Virus record (IMG/VR): IMGVR_UViG_3300049988_000245 | Span: 1-64,000 of that record | Direction: 5' to 3' (one strand) | DNA: 64,000 nt | Source: a virus | Lineage: Duplodnaviria > Caudoviricetes | In this document: piece by piece, positions 17,654 through 26,700 of the stretch | How the letters are laid out: each line of letters opens with the position of its first letter | Numbering within the stretch: the first letter of the stretch is position 1 | Notes under the pieces: generated by a model | Database searches by the model: none | The model's input: the letters and a program-made list of their open reading frames with translations, nothing else | What the model was told of the DNA's origin: nothing | Translations under genes and position numbers: made by a program

Positions 17654-18325
17654 CTAAGCTTTAACGAGCTTCATGCCTAGATTTTCGGCCTGACGCTGCA
17701 ACTCGGCAATCGCCGCCTTACGGGCATCGATCTCCGGCTTATCACCCACGCCGAGGCGAGCGAGACATTCCTTGGCCGTCCGGTGGGCTTCGGCGAGATC
17801 GGACACCGCACGCTTACGGGATTGCTCCGCATGCTCGCGATGATACTCCAGGGCATCTTTCTCCGAGTAGTCGAGAACTGCCTTGCAGAATTCGATCAGC
17901 GCAGCCTTCCACTGCGGCTCCATCGTCTCCAGGGGCAGACGGTTCAATTTGTAGGTAGAGAAGCTGGGAGGGTACTTGAACCTGTTGAAGAAGTCCTCTT
18001 CCGCCATGATCTCGGCGTTCTCGCGGGTAAAGCGGTGCTTCGCATCTTGACGACGACGGAACAGGAGATCGCGACCTTCGACCTTCCGGCCCATCTTTTC
18101 GCACTCCGCAAGATACTTGGCCTCCTGATCGATCGGAGAGGTCGTGCCGAGGCTGTCTTCGAGTTCTGGGTAGGCCCCCTCGGGAGTCTCGATCCAGTCG
18201 CCTGAACAGGTGAACACGCGCGAGAGCGCAGGGAGACGACCCTCAGTGATGCTGGGCCAGTTGTAGATCATTTGGCAGACGGTCTGAGTGACGGTGAGCC
18301 GGGGGGCGATCTGCTTGCTGGCCAT
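17654..18325 (-). CDS. Hypothetical protein
   Basis: SD GGAG before MASKQ; C-terminal coiled coil. Confidence 0.7.
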   Translation of the reverse strand: MASKQIAPRLTVTQTVCQMIYNWPSITEGRLPALSRVFTCSGDWIETPEGAYPELEDSLGTTSPIDQEAKYLAECEKMGRKVEGRDLLFRRRQDAKHRFTRENAEIMAEEDFFNRFKYPPSFSTYKLNRLPLETMEPQWKAALIEFCKAVLDYSEKDALEYHREHAEQSRKRAVSDLAEAHRTAKECLARLGVGDKPEIDARKAAIAELQRQAENLGMKLVKA

Positions 18326-18376
18326 ATTGGGTTCTCCGTTGCCGATGAACCCAATATACACCGAATCAGGAGTAAA

Positions 18377-18721
18377 TCAATCGTTCTCGTGCTGTAAAAC
18401 GACTCCCTCACCCTCGACGGGCTCGCGTCGTTCTTCGCAGTAGATTTTGATGATCTCGGGGATCGTCAGATGCGTCTCCCGGTATCCCGCTCGGTTGTAC
18501 CCACCCATCAGTTCCTCGCCTGTCTCGCCCATCTGGGAACTCGTCCCTTTGGTGAGGGCTCGATCAAGCCGCGAACCAAGGTCGGCAAACCCATGGGCGC
18601 CATACTGATCCCGGTAGTATTCCTTGAACTCGTCCAGTTTCATCCCGAACGTGACCGGCGCGTCCACTACGGTGGACCATTCGAAGAACCACCCCTCATG
18701 GTGGACGATGTATTTGGGCAA
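18377..18721 (-). CDS. Hypothetical protein
   Basis: TTG start with AGGAG; FEWSTVVDAP motif. Confidence 0.7.
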   Translation of the reverse strand: MPKYIVHHEGWFFEWSTVVDAPVTFGMKLDEFKEYYRDQYGAHGFADLGSRLDRALTKGTSSQMGETGEELMGGYNRAGYRETHLTIPEIIKIYCEERREPVEGEGVVLQHEND

Positions 18722-18731
18722 ACTGTTTCTC

Positions 18732-18983
18732 CTACGAATCCACCGAGACCGGTAGACCGAGTTCCTGAATCACTTCGTGGGCCGCATGTTCGCTGCTGAA
18801 CCGGGCGTGAGCGATATATCCGTCTTTGCGTTCGAGAACACGCCCGAAGCAGGATTTCTTCTGCTTGTTGGTCATCTCGATCACGACGACCCAACCATCC
18901 GAGTCGTTAGGTCGTTCGCGTAGGGGAAACGCCGAGATCGGTTTCCATCGGGTATCGTAATAGTATCGAGGCTTCATCTTCAA
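18732..18983 (-). CDS. Hypothetical protein
   Basis: Coupled ORF in minus-strand operon; TAG stop. Confidence 0.6.
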   Translation of the reverse strand: MKMKPRYYYDTRWKPISAFPLRERPNDSDGWVVVIEMTNKQKKSCFGRVLERKDGYIAHARFSSEHAAHEVIQELGLPVSVDS

Positions 18984-19237
18984 TACCGGTATGGGTTCCC
19001 GTTTGTCGGTAGCGGCTGCTGGTTGGTGATCCCCGGTGTGTTGCTGAACGCAGTCGCCTGAGGCTGTGTGCGCCAGTAGCTATGAATGGGAATCCCATTG
19101 CTGCGGAAGTACTCTTCCACCGAGGTCGAGTACGAGGGCACCTCCGGCTGGGCGGAACGATCGCGCTTCTTCGCCTCAGCCGACTGTGCCGAGAGGAGTA
19201 ATGAGAGCGTAAGTAGGCGGACGATTCCGTTGCGCAC
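18980..19237 (-). CDS. Small exported protein
   Basis: AGGAG then GTG; signal-peptide-like LLTLSLLLSAQSAEA. Confidence 0.6.
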   Translation of the reverse strand: MRNGIVRLLTLSLLLSAQSAEAKKRDRSAQPEVPSYSTSVEEYFRSNGIPIHSYWRTQPQATAFSNTPGITNQQPLPTNGNPYRY

Positions 19238-19700
19238 GAACTTCACTCCTATGATCCTTGAGGGCGACCAACAGATTCTCTGCCAAGCCGTCGATTTTGT
19301 CCACCTGACCCTCCCGAACGGCCCATTCCAATAGGGAGTGGCGAATCACCCGGAGCGTTGCGGCATCGCGTCTCTCGCGCCGGTCCGCCTCGGTTTTTGC
19401 GGCCTTGGCTTCGCGATCAGCCTTACGATTGGCCGTACGAATCTCCTCGTTGATCGAGTGGTTCGCCAGAAGAATGAGCGGAAACAGCGATACCGCCACG
19501 ACACTTGCCCCGAAGATCGCTATCATCAGAGCCTGTTCCCCACTGGCGCCATACTTGATACCCCAGGCGAGCCCGAAGATCATGCTGGTCACCAGCATCA
19601 GAAGAAGGGCGTTCGGGACGGCCCTTGCGAGGATCGGCGCGGGGTCATCGTACCACCGATGGGGCAGGCTCTTAGTCTCTTGGCGTTCGGTCTCGTCCAC
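19176..19700 (-). CDS. Two-TM membrane protein with coiled coil
   Basis: Two hydrophobic segments; SD GAGGA before GTG. Confidence 0.65.
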   Translation of the reverse strand: MDETERQETKSLPHRWYDDPAPILARAVPNALLLMLVTSMIFGLAWGIKYGASGEQALMIAIFGASVVAVSLFPLILLANHSINEEIRTANRKADREAKAAKTEADRRERRDAATLRVIRHSLLEWAVREGQVDKIDGLAENLLVALKDHRSEVRAQRNRPPTYALITPLGTVG

Positions 19701-19714
19701 GGTTGATCCTCAAA

Positions 19715-19915
19715 ATTCAGTGGGCGTCGCACTAACCGGGGGACGCCTCCACCGGCTCGGGTCACCGCGAGCGCGTTACTCGCAAGCTGAACCGCGAACA
19801 TCATCCGACCGCTTGCGGGAATGGACCCCATTGCCGGAATCCTCCCCCATCGGCTTCATATGAACCGTTCTGATCCCGACCTGAATGCGAAACCCCTTAC
19901 CCTCAGGAAGGCCAA
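19715..19915 (-). ncRNA. Candidate structured 5' leader or ncRNA
   Basis: TTGACT-N16-TATGTT promoter; long-range stem 19895-19884 with 19733-19722; several internal hairpins. Confidence 0.3.
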
Positions 19916-19943
19916 CCTCAACATAGCCTGAATCGCAACTAAG

Positions 19944-20039
19944 TCAATACTCTTTGCGAGCCAACCAAATGACAAACCATGCCAGAAGAAGTGCACCGAT
20001 CGGAGTGATCAGCATGGTTAAAAATGTTTCGACCGTCAT
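19944..20039 (-). CDS. 31-aa single-TM peptide
   Basis: MTVETFLTMLITPIGALLLAWFVIWLARKEY; ATGA overlap with upstream paralog. Confidence 0.6.
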   Translation of the reverse strand: MTVETFLTMLITPIGALLLAWFVIWLARKEY

Positions 20040-20320
20040 GTCCAAGTCAACCTGAATTCGATCGCGTCGTTCATGCAGCGGAACAGAAATAGCCGATGAG
20101 ATGAGTACCAGCGGGAATTGATGTCGAACGTAGTCCAATCACCGTCTTGGCTGTCGGCGTTCGCTCCATACCGCTCTGCGCACCATTCACGCATCTCGGC
20201 GAGTTCGTTCCGGAACATGGTCGGATGAAGGTCTTCGACCGCGATGAACGCGACCCATCCTTTCGCTCGATATTGATCGACCAGATAGCTGTCGTCTCGA
20301 CGGAGTTTGGCGCTTCTCAT
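20036..20320 (-). CDS. Family-F small paralog
   Basis: EMREWCAERYG...LFLFRCMNDAIEFRLTWT. Confidence 0.75.
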   Translation of the reverse strand: MRSAKLRRDDSYLVDQYRAKGWVAFIAVEDLHPTMFRNELAEMREWCAERYGANADSQDGDWTTFDINSRWYSSHRLFLFRCMNDAIEFRLTWT

Positions 20321-20688
20321 GATCTTTCAATGATTCGGGCCAGATTGATTGCCAGGGCGAGATCGTCCGGCTCCCAATCGTTCCACCATTCCACGGGGAT
20401 GTCCGCGTGCACCTCCCTCAGGTGGGTGGTGAACCCTGGAGAGTAACCGCGCCGGATCATCTCTTCCACCAGAGCGGATTGTCGATTCGCCAGCCATGTC
20501 AGACGGGGATAGAAGAATCTCACGTGGCCACGACCAAGTGTGTACGCGGGGATCGCCATAAGATTTGGAGCTTCCCCGCGTTCGGCGGCTTTCCGAACCA
20601 GATTAAAGATACGAGGAAGCTCACGGTACTCAGCCACGAGATGCTGGCGGGATAGTTCGCTGGGAGCGACAACATTAATTCGGGTCAT
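20317..20688 (-). CDS. denV: Pyrimidine-dimer DNA glycosylase / endonuclease V
   Basis: MTRIN, L..QHLVAEYRELPRIF, YTLGRGHVRFFY, EM..RGY. Confidence 0.93.
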   Translation of the reverse strand: MTRINVVAPSELSRQHLVAEYRELPRIFNLVRKAAERGEAPNLMAIPAYTLGRGHVRFFYPRLTWLANRQSALVEEMIRRGYSPGFTTHLREVHADIPVEWWNDWEPDDLALAINLARIIERS

Positions 20689-20725
20689 CCCCCATTGTAT
20701 TGGGGGACAACGTGATTCGACTATT

Positions 20726-20929
20726 TTAAACGTACCGGCTCAACGTGTCGGTGCCCCGAGTGATGTCTTCGAGACCTTCATCGATCGAATCAGATATACT
20801 CTCGATCTCGCGAGCTAGCTCACGAAGCTTATCGCGGCGATCAGCGATAACTTTAGTGTGCCGATCAACCTGCGCCAACGCTTTCTTGAGGCGTTGGCGG
20901 GCCATGATGGTCAAAACTTCTGATTCCAT
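20726..20929 (-). CDS. Small coiled-coil protein
   Basis: SD AGGAG; heptad pattern. Confidence 0.65.
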   Translation of the reverse strand: MESEVLTIMARQRLKKALAQVDRHTKVIADRRDKLRELAREIESISDSIDEGLEDITRGTDTLSRYV

Positions 20930-21000
20930 AATGATTTCACTCCTACCTTGAGCTTTTTATCGATCGCCCGAAGCTTCATCAGGCGCGAGGATTAGGGTCA

Positions 21001-21183
21001 TTACACGATACCAAACCAGTAATGGTGGCAGTACCAAATCGATAGGCACATGACAAACAATCCAGCAATCTCTGCCGCTATGCACTCGTTCCTGTGAATG
21101 TTTCCATTGCCATATAGGCGAGATAGCGTCCCGGCAGTCGTCAGAAACATACCACCGACAAGAAGTGAAAGCGCCCCGATCAT
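21001..21183 (-). CDS. Small two-TM protein
   Basis: Two hydrophobic segments; ATGA coupling. Confidence 0.55.
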   Translation of the reverse strand: MIGALSLLVGGMFLTTAGTLSRLYGNGNIHRNECIAAEIAGLFVMCLSIWYCHHYWFGIV

Positions 21184-21446
21184 TCCCCGGTCTCCTCACC
21201 GCTCCCCACGATCGTCCACGGGCGTGTGCCCTGCACCGTCTTACGCAGCACATGAATAGACCCAAGCATATCCCGGAACGCTTTCTGGGCTTTCACCTTG
21301 GCACCCGGACGCGGGCGCGGCGCCAGCCCATCCCCGACCTCAGAGGGCCGGTGCGACAGGTCACGCAGCATCTGTTCGGCCGCGAGCGTCACCTTGAGAC
21401 AGCGCTCGTACGTGTAGTGGTCAGGATTGTCCTCGGGATTCGTCAT
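21180..21446 (-). CDS. Hypothetical protein
   Basis: Coupled ORF. Confidence 0.55.
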   Translation of the reverse strand: MTNPEDNPDHYTYERCLKVTLAAEQMLRDLSHRPSEVGDGLAPRPRPGAKVKAQKAFRDMLGSIHVLRKTVQGTRPWTIVGSGEETGE

Positions 21447-21730
21447 ACCAGTCTACCCTCACCGAAGATTCCTCTATCCCAGAGATAGAACTTTCCGCTG
21501 TTCTCTTGCACCGCGATGAGCCCGGCATCTACTAGGAAGTCCATCTCGATGTACAGGGTTTCCCCTGGGGAGAGCGGCCCGGTCAAATTCAGGTAGAGGC
21601 TCCATCCGGCCGCGCGTTCCGATGGATCGACCCGGCAGATACACGAAAACCCCGGAAGGATCGGTTTCATCGAACCGTTCCTCCCGGTGGGGTAGAGCCG
21701 AATGATCGCGGGTATGCTGTCGTGTCTCAC
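21443..21730 (-). CDS. Hypothetical small beta protein (EF-Tu domain III-like pattern)
   Basis: GRNGSMKPI..GFSC; PLSPGET...MDFL; FYLWDRGIFGEG. Confidence 0.5.
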   Translation of the reverse strand: MRHDSIPAIIRLYPTGRNGSMKPILPGFSCICRVDPSERAAGWSLYLNLTGPLSPGETLYIEMDFLVDAGLIAVQENSGKFYLWDRGIFGEGRLV

Positions 21731-21912
21731 GAACGGGTCTGGTTCGGGTCTTCGCAGTAGCCGGAGTCGATCAGGTGGGCGGCGGTGCGCCCGTAGGAAC
21801 CCTGAAGGGTCCAGGCCATGCCGGAGTTGATCAGGCCCTGGAAGAACTCGACCATCTGATCGGAATCCATCTCGCCGTTCTCGTACGCAATGATGTCATC
21901 GACGTTGGGCAT
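21727..21912 (-). CDS. Small hypothetical protein
   Basis: IIAYENGEM...FQGLINSGMAWTLQGSYGRTA; SD GGAG. Confidence 0.75.
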   Translation of the reverse strand: MPNVDDIIAYENGEMDSDQMVEFFQGLINSGMAWTLQGSYGRTAAHLIDSGYCEDPNQTRS

Positions 21913-21996
21913 GTGATTCTCCGCTGCTGATAGATTCAAGATACACTGGAACGAGAAACAAGCAAGCGATCGTCGCACAAATGGTTAAACGAAAAG

Positions 21997-22026
21997 TTGA
22001 CAGCCCATTCCATAGGCAGCTATGGT
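21997..22026 (+). promoter_or_regulatory. Sigma70 promoter of the tRNA
   Basis: TTGACA-N18-TATGGT. Confidence 0.6.
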
Positions 22027-22038
22027 TAACGAATTACC

Positions 22039-22113
22039 GGGGAGGTGGCGGAATGTCATCGCGCCGGGCCGCAAGCCCGGAACATGTAGGTTCAAGTCCT
22101 ACCCTCCCCACCA
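22039..22113 (+). tRNA. Atypical tRNA, anticodon GCA (Cys codon reader)
   Basis: Cloverleaf with GGGGAGG/CCTCCCC acceptor, GGTTCAAGTCC T-arm and encoded CCA; C33, A73, no D-loop GG. Confidence 0.8.
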
Positions 22114-22144
22114 TATTATTCTGTATTTTTGAAAGACATTGCAG

Positions 22145-22780
22145 ATGAAGTACGTGCTCGCCACGCTCCAGAGCGTGCTCACCATTCTATTCGCGTATCG
22201 GTTGTTTCATTCGAGCACGACTTTCTCAGTGCTTCTCGGCCTATTCGGTACCGCATTGTTTGCGACCCTTGCGTTCCGCAACATCATGCAGATTCGTCGG
22301 GATGACGAGAAGTCCCTCTTCGGTGCCCCTCGGGATACGCTTGGGGTGATGCCGATCCATCCGGCTCCCACACCGGTCAATGCAGGTCCGTTTGCCAACG
22401 ATCTCGTGTACACCCCCGCGTACACGGCTACGGCCAACACGGTTCCCACAGGCCATAATTCGACCCTGGGCGCCTCCGTCCCTCAGGCTCCGTGGTCTCA
22501 GGACAGTTCGGGTAACGTCGCTGGGACCATGCTGGGTGGGATGGCCCTCGGTGCGGCCGGATACGCGGTCGCCCAAGCCTGGACCCACGAGTATGCCCCG
22601 TCAGATCATGGTATGCTGGCTCAGGCTCCGTCTTCGGCTCCAGTCACGATCGCATCCGAGCCCTCTATGACCACCGAGCCCTCTTCCGCGCCAACCACGT
22701 CAACCAGCACGGACACCTATACGACCTCAGATAGCTCACCATCGTTCGATTCTTCTCCGAGCGGCGGGTCGTTCGAATGA
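22145..22780 (+). CDS. Membrane protein with Ser/Thr/Pro-rich tail
   Basis: Two N-terminal TM segments; low-complexity C-terminus. Confidence 0.7.
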   Translation: MKYVLATLQSVLTILFAYRLFHSSTTFSVLLGLFGTALFATLAFRNIMQIRRDDEKSLFGAPRDTLGVMPIHPAPTPVNAGPFANDLVYTPAYTATANTVPTGHNSTLGASVPQAPWSQDSSGNVAGTMLGGMALGAAGYAVAQAWTHEYAPSDHGMLAQAPSSAPVTIASEPSMTTEPSSAPTTSTSTDTYTTSDSSPSFDSSPSGGSFE

Positions 22781-22950
22781 AGCGCCTCATCCGCATGTTC
22801 GAAGAACGTCCGGTGCGCGTCACCTTGTCGATGTTCGCCGGAGTTTGGCTGACCGCCGCCGCCTTCAGCGGGATTTATAGCGGTCTCACCTCCGGCCTCA
22901 TGGTAGTAGCCGCCCTCGCCATTATTACCGACATTTTTCTCATCACCTGA
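22777..22950 (+). CDS. 57-aa two-TM protein (not in ORF track)
   Basis: MKRLIRMFEERPVRVTLSMFAGVWLTAAAF...; ATGA overlap. Confidence 0.6.
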   Translation: MKRLIRMFEERPVRVTLSMFAGVWLTAAAFSGIYSGLTSGLMVVAALAIITDIFLIT

Positions 22951-22961
22951 AAGACTTTTTC

Positions 22962-23258
22962 ATGATCGCTGTTCTATCCCTACTGGCGCTTCTCGCCACC
23001 CCGGCGGAAGCCTCCTCACGTTCCGGATTCTGCGCCGCTCTGGTTAAGGGCAACGTCTACATCACCATGGCTAAGGAGACCCCGAGCAAGGAGTCGATCG
23101 AGCACGATTTTCGTACGCGCCTTGTCAGGACCGACAAGTTCGCTTCTCTCAGCGGCTGTCTCGTAGCAGAAACGGCGGATGAAGCCTCCGAACTGATGCG
23201 GAAGAAAGCTCTTGAGATCAGCAAGGCAGGTTACGAGATCGAACTTCTCGGCTGGTAA
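22962..23258 (+). CDS. Small exported protein
   Basis: Signal peptide MIAVLSLLALLATPAEA; two Cys. Confidence 0.65.
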   Translation: MIAVLSLLALLATPAEASSRSGFCAALVKGNVYITMAKETPSKESIEHDFRTRLVRTDKFASLSGCLVAETADEASELMRKKALEISKAGYEIELLGW

Positions 23259-23276
23259 GTCGAATTCCATTCCCGT

Positions 23277-23305
23277 AAAAAGGTCACCTCCGGGTGGCCT
23301 TTTTT
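23277..23305. terminator. Intrinsic terminator
   Basis: AAAAAGGTCACC-TCCG-GGTGGCCTTTTTT. Confidence 0.8.
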
Positions 23306-23315
23306 GTGAGCGCAT

Positions 23316-23639
23316 ATGCCGAACTACGTCTTTGTGGAGAAAACCGGGAAGGCGATCCGTCGTATTCTTGAGGTCAACTATCCGCACATCATTCACATCC
23401 CCGGATACCGGGGGTTCAAGGAGATGAACGAATGGTGCATAGTGCGATTCGGTAATAGCGCGTTGTTCGACGACACGCCCGATCGAACATACCAAACCAG
23501 CCTGTTCACTAGGGACCTGGGTCAGCCAACCCGAATCGACGTGTCCTGCATGTGGGCGGTACGATCGTCCGCATCCGATCTGATGTTCTACTTCAAGGAA
23601 CCCGACATGGCGTTCGAGTTCAAGGTTCGCTGGCGTTGA
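23316..23639 (+). CDS. Family-F small paralog
   Basis: EMNEWCIVRFG...FYFKEPDMAFEFKVRWR. Confidence 0.8.
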   Translation: MPNYVFVEKTGKAIRRILEVNYPHIIHIPGYRGFKEMNEWCIVRFGNSALFDDTPDRTYQTSLFTRDLGQPTRIDVSCMWAVRSSASDLMFYFKEPDMAFEFKVRWR

Positions 23640-23640
23640 A

Positions 23641-24159
23641 TTACTTCGCGGCGAACATCTTGGCCGTGCAGGGACGGACGAACAGGGTTGCGCGGACCTT
23701 GAGGAACTTCTGATACTTGTTCAGCGACGGAATATAGAAGTAGACGATCGAGATACCCGGCTCCTTAGGAATCTCAAGGCGCGGAGGGGTGTTTTCGAAA
23801 CCGAAGCCGAATGCGTCGTATTTCTGCTGGATTGAAAACGCAATCTTGCTCTCCCACTGTCGCGAATCTGCAACACCCGCCGCACGATCAACATCACCGC
23901 CGCCGTAGGTGATCCCGTGGAGATAGAAATATGCTTGCGGAGTTGCGCAGACCCTTGGTAGGGTCATGAAGCGCGCACAGGCACTCGTGCAAGACCCGTC
24001 AATGACAATTTGATCCGACGATTCGCTGTATTGCTTCCAACGAGCGTTATACTCCGTGACGCGACCACCGTTGTCGTTTTTGATAACGATTGGCTGTGCC
24101 ATCGACAAGGTCGAAGTCAGTGCCAAAAGAGCCATCGATAGTAGAGAATTGCGCATCAA
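23641..24159 (-). CDS. Exported ClpP/crotonase-like protein
   Basis: Signal peptide; NDNGG, IVIDGSCTSAC, YFYLHG. Confidence 0.55.
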   Translation of the reverse strand: MMRNSLLSMALLALTSTLSMAQPIVIKNDNGGRVTEYNARWKQYSESSDQIVIDGSCTSACARFMTLPRVCATPQAYFYLHGITYGGGDVDRAAGVADSRQWESKIAFSIQQKYDAFGFGFENTPPRLEIPKEPGISIVYFYIPSLNKYQKFLKVRATLFVRPCTAKMFAAK

Positions 24160-24188
24160 TATTATTTAAAAGCCATGAGAGCCAAATA

Positions 24189-24497
24189 ATGACCGCATTT
24201 ACGGAACAGAAAGAGCCTGAGGAGCGTTGGCTTTCTCTTGGTTTAGAAAAGGACTACTATAAGTCCATGTACCCGTACTGGTTCTCAGTACCCGAGACAT
24301 CCCGTTTTCCGTGCACAATTTTTCCGGAGGTGCACGAATGGTGCTCTGAACAATGGGGTGGACAATCGGCACGCCGCTGGTCGCAATCACGCGGAGCATG
24401 GCGGGTCCGCGATGATTCCACCTGGGCGTATTTTCGTGAGGTATTTTACTTCAAGGACCCCGACCACTGCGTGCTGTTTCAGCTACGGTGGCGCTGA
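24189..24497 (+). CDS. Family-F small paralog
   Basis: EVHEWCSEQWG...FYFKDPDHCVLFQLRWR. Confidence 0.8.
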   Translation: MTAFTEQKEPEERWLSLGLEKDYYKSMYPYWFSVPETSRFPCTIFPEVHEWCSEQWGGQSARRWSQSRGAWRVRDDSTWAYFREVFYFKDPDHCVLFQLRWR

Positions 24498-24787
24498 TGG
24501 CAAAGCAGCGCGTATGGAGGATTGGGATTGATTCGGACCCTCCGGCGGACTGGACCAGCGTGTACGTCGATGTCTCAAGAGTCCATCGAGGACGCTTCGA
24601 ACGTACCGAACCAGAATATCGAAACATTTCTTGGTGGGAGAATATGACAACTTGGATCGGCATGCAGCCGGGTGAGTACTGCTACGCCTTTGGGAATCGT
24701 AAACCAGAGTTCGACGGAGACAATCGCTACCTGTTCAAGTTCTCCGACCCTTTGGTAGCGTTTGAGTTCAAGATCGTATGGAGTTGA
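24497..24787 (+). CDS. Family-F small paralog
   Basis: Ends YLFKFSDPLVAFEFKIVWS; TGATG coupling. Confidence 0.75.
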   Translation: MAKQRVWRIGIDSDPPADWTSVYVDVSRVHRGRFERTEPEYRNISWWENMTTWIGMQPGEYCYAFGNRKPEFDGDNRYLFKFSDPLVAFEFKIVWS

Positions 24788-24932
24788 AACGAAACGGACC
24801 CCCACAACGCGGTCGAGGCGTCATGAGGGTCCGGAGCAACCGAGCTACCCTGGAGGAGCGCTCGTATATTTTGACCTTGCGTCTGAAATTATTTAGTCTT
24901 CACCTTATCGACATTTAAAGAGATGTTTTTCA

Positions 24933-25454
24933 TTGGCCTATAAATTGGATATGTTCGCGGAGGTTTTGCCCGCGATCGACCGGCACGATTACGGATTTCT
25001 GGAGCGCCAGGACGAAGATGCCCGCAAGGGGTTCTCACCTCCGGTGGTTCTCCGATTCGCATCAGCCGCCAAGGGCCAGCACACTGACCTGATGCTTCTG
25101 ATGGTTAACGGACGGGCCAACCTCGACTTCTACGACCTTGGTGCGCACCCGGAGCTTCAGTGGCGCCTTCTGGCCTCGTGCGGTCTCGGCGCGGGTATGC
25201 GGCACGAATGGATCGCCATGCCCACCAGTGCCCGCTCCAAGAGCACCGTACACGGGTTCCTGTGGGGGTATTGGCCGGACGCGAGCGAGTCTGAGATCAC
25301 CTTTCTGCTCAACCAATTCACGCGTGAAACGTTTATCGACTTCACCAAGGAATGCGGCCTAAATCCGGCCGATGAAAAGGCGGCTCTCGATGCATATGAT
25401 AAGTACACCGGCCATGCCCCCAAGAAAAAAGCCAGCAAGCCCAAAAAGCGCTGA
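24933..25454 (+). CDS. Possible clamp-loader small subunit (gp62-like)
   Basis: AID..D..F, FSP.V..R, N...N..FY.L..HPELQW.LL, HEWI pattern. Confidence 0.45.
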   Translation: MAYKLDMFAEVLPAIDRHDYGFLERQDEDARKGFSPPVVLRFASAAKGQHTDLMLLMVNGRANLDFYDLGAHPELQWRLLASCGLGAGMRHEWIAMPTSARSKSTVHGFLWGYWPDASESEITFLLNQFTRETFIDFTKECGLNPADEKAALDAYDKYTGHAPKKKASKPKKR

Positions 25455-26133
25455 TCTAGTCGATTTTCCGTGCCCCTATTGCACCCGGAGATTCAAGAGG
25501 GAGGCTAGTCTGTTCGCCCATATGTGCGCGAAGAAGCAGCGGCATGTCGATCGGGATGAACGGTATGTCAAGCTAGGATTTCAAATTTTCCAGAAATTCT
25601 ATTCGCTTCATTACAAGTCGTCTAAGCCGCGAACGTACGATGACTTCGCGTCGAATCAGTTCTACGGAGCGTTTACGAAATTCTCCAAATATCTACTTGC
25701 GATCAACGCAGTGAATCCCAACGGGTTCGTGGACTTTCTGCTGAAGATCAATCTGAAGATCGACCAGTGGCATCTGCCTCCGGTGTATGAACTCTACCTG
25801 CGCGAACTCACCAAGAAGGAAACCGCAGACGCCGCGCTGGAGCGGAACTTCCGGGTGATGGAGCGCTGGGGGACCGAGTACGGCGAGGACTGGAAGGACT
25901 TCTTCCGCAAGGTCGCTCCGTCAGAGGCCGTCCTGATGATCACCGCAGGGAGAATCAGTCCCTGGGTCCTTTATACGGCGCAATCCTCGGCCGATCTGTT
26001 CTCCCGGATGTCGTCGGAGCAGATCGACCTCATCCAACCCGCGTTGGACCCGCAATTTTGGGAGCGCAAGCTCTCTGACCATGCCGAAGAAGTGTCGGCG
26101 ATTCGTGAAGTATTGGAAGAGGTTGGAATCTGA
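25414..26133 (+). CDS. C2H2 zinc-finger-containing protein (start uncertain)
   Basis: FPCPYCTRRFKREASLFAHMC. Confidence 0.7.
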   Translation: MPPRKKPASPKSADLVDFPCPYCTRRFKREASLFAHMCAKKQRHVDRDERYVKLGFQIFQKFYSLHYKSSKPRTYDDFASNQFYGAFTKFSKYLLAINAVNPNGFVDFLLKINLKIDQWHLPPVYELYLRELTKKETADAALERNFRVMERWGTEYGEDWKDFFRKVAPSEAVLMITAGRISPWVLYTAQSSADLFSRMSSEQIDLIQPALDPQFWERKLSDHAEEVSAIREVLEEVGI

Positions 26134-26366
26134 TGGAAATCTGGAGAGGAATAGACGGGAAAGTTCTCGGATGGCGGGCAGATGCACGCAAGGACACCGG
26201 GTTCGTCCACAAAGCCTGGGACGCGTTCGATGCCCGCCTCACACCCGAGGCTGAGCTTTGGTTCGAACAGTCAGAGAGCGCCAATTATACGACGCTTGGT
26301 TTACATGCATTCATTCATATTAGTTCACCCAATGATCGGCTTCACTTCAAACTTAAATGGCTGTAA
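26133..26366 (+). CDS. Family-F small paralog
   Basis: Ends IHISSPNDRLHFKLKWL. Confidence 0.65.
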   Translation: MEIWRGIDGKVLGWRADARKDTGFVHKAWDAFDARLTPEAELWFEQSESANYTTLGLHAFIHISSPNDRLHFKLKWL

Positions 26367-26409
26367 TTGAAGTATTGCGTTAGACTGCATTTAAATAAGG
26401 ACGTATTTT

Positions 26410-26700
26410 ATGAGTGATTCTGAAGAGTCCATGCGACTCGCGCTGATGTATCAGTCCGACGATGAGGACGAGGTTGTCGAGGACAAGCCGAAGCCCGATC
26501 GCGGTTACGGCATTATGAACATGCCCGCGATGTCCGCCTCGATCCGCAAGATGCAGGAAACGATCGAAGCGCAGGACCGGGTCATCAAGCGTCTGAATCA
26601 GCGTGTGCGCAATCTGGAACGTCAGGCGGGCAACTTGACCCGCGAGATCAACCAGATGGGCACTGAGATGGAATCCAAGGTAGAACGCAGCTTCCGATGA
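26410..26700 (+). CDS. Coiled-coil protein
   Basis: TTAAATA at 26391; heptads. Confidence 0.65.
   Translation: MSDSEESMRLALMYQSDDEDEVVEDKPKPDRGYGIMNMPAMSASIRKMQETIEAQDRVIKRLNQRVRNLERQAGNLTREINQMGTEMESKVERSFR

Noticed and set aside
19860-19920. SRP RNA or group II intron domain V in the 19.7-19.9 kb leader
   Set aside because: Only short matches (UCAGGUC; GAGCCGG); no GGAA tetraloop/AGCAG motif and wrong domain V geometry.
24790-24870. SAH riboswitch-like words (GAGGAGCG, CCGAGC) upstream of the gp62-like gene
   Set aside because: Elements are in the wrong order and the pseudoknot cannot be built; treated as two ordinary hairpins.
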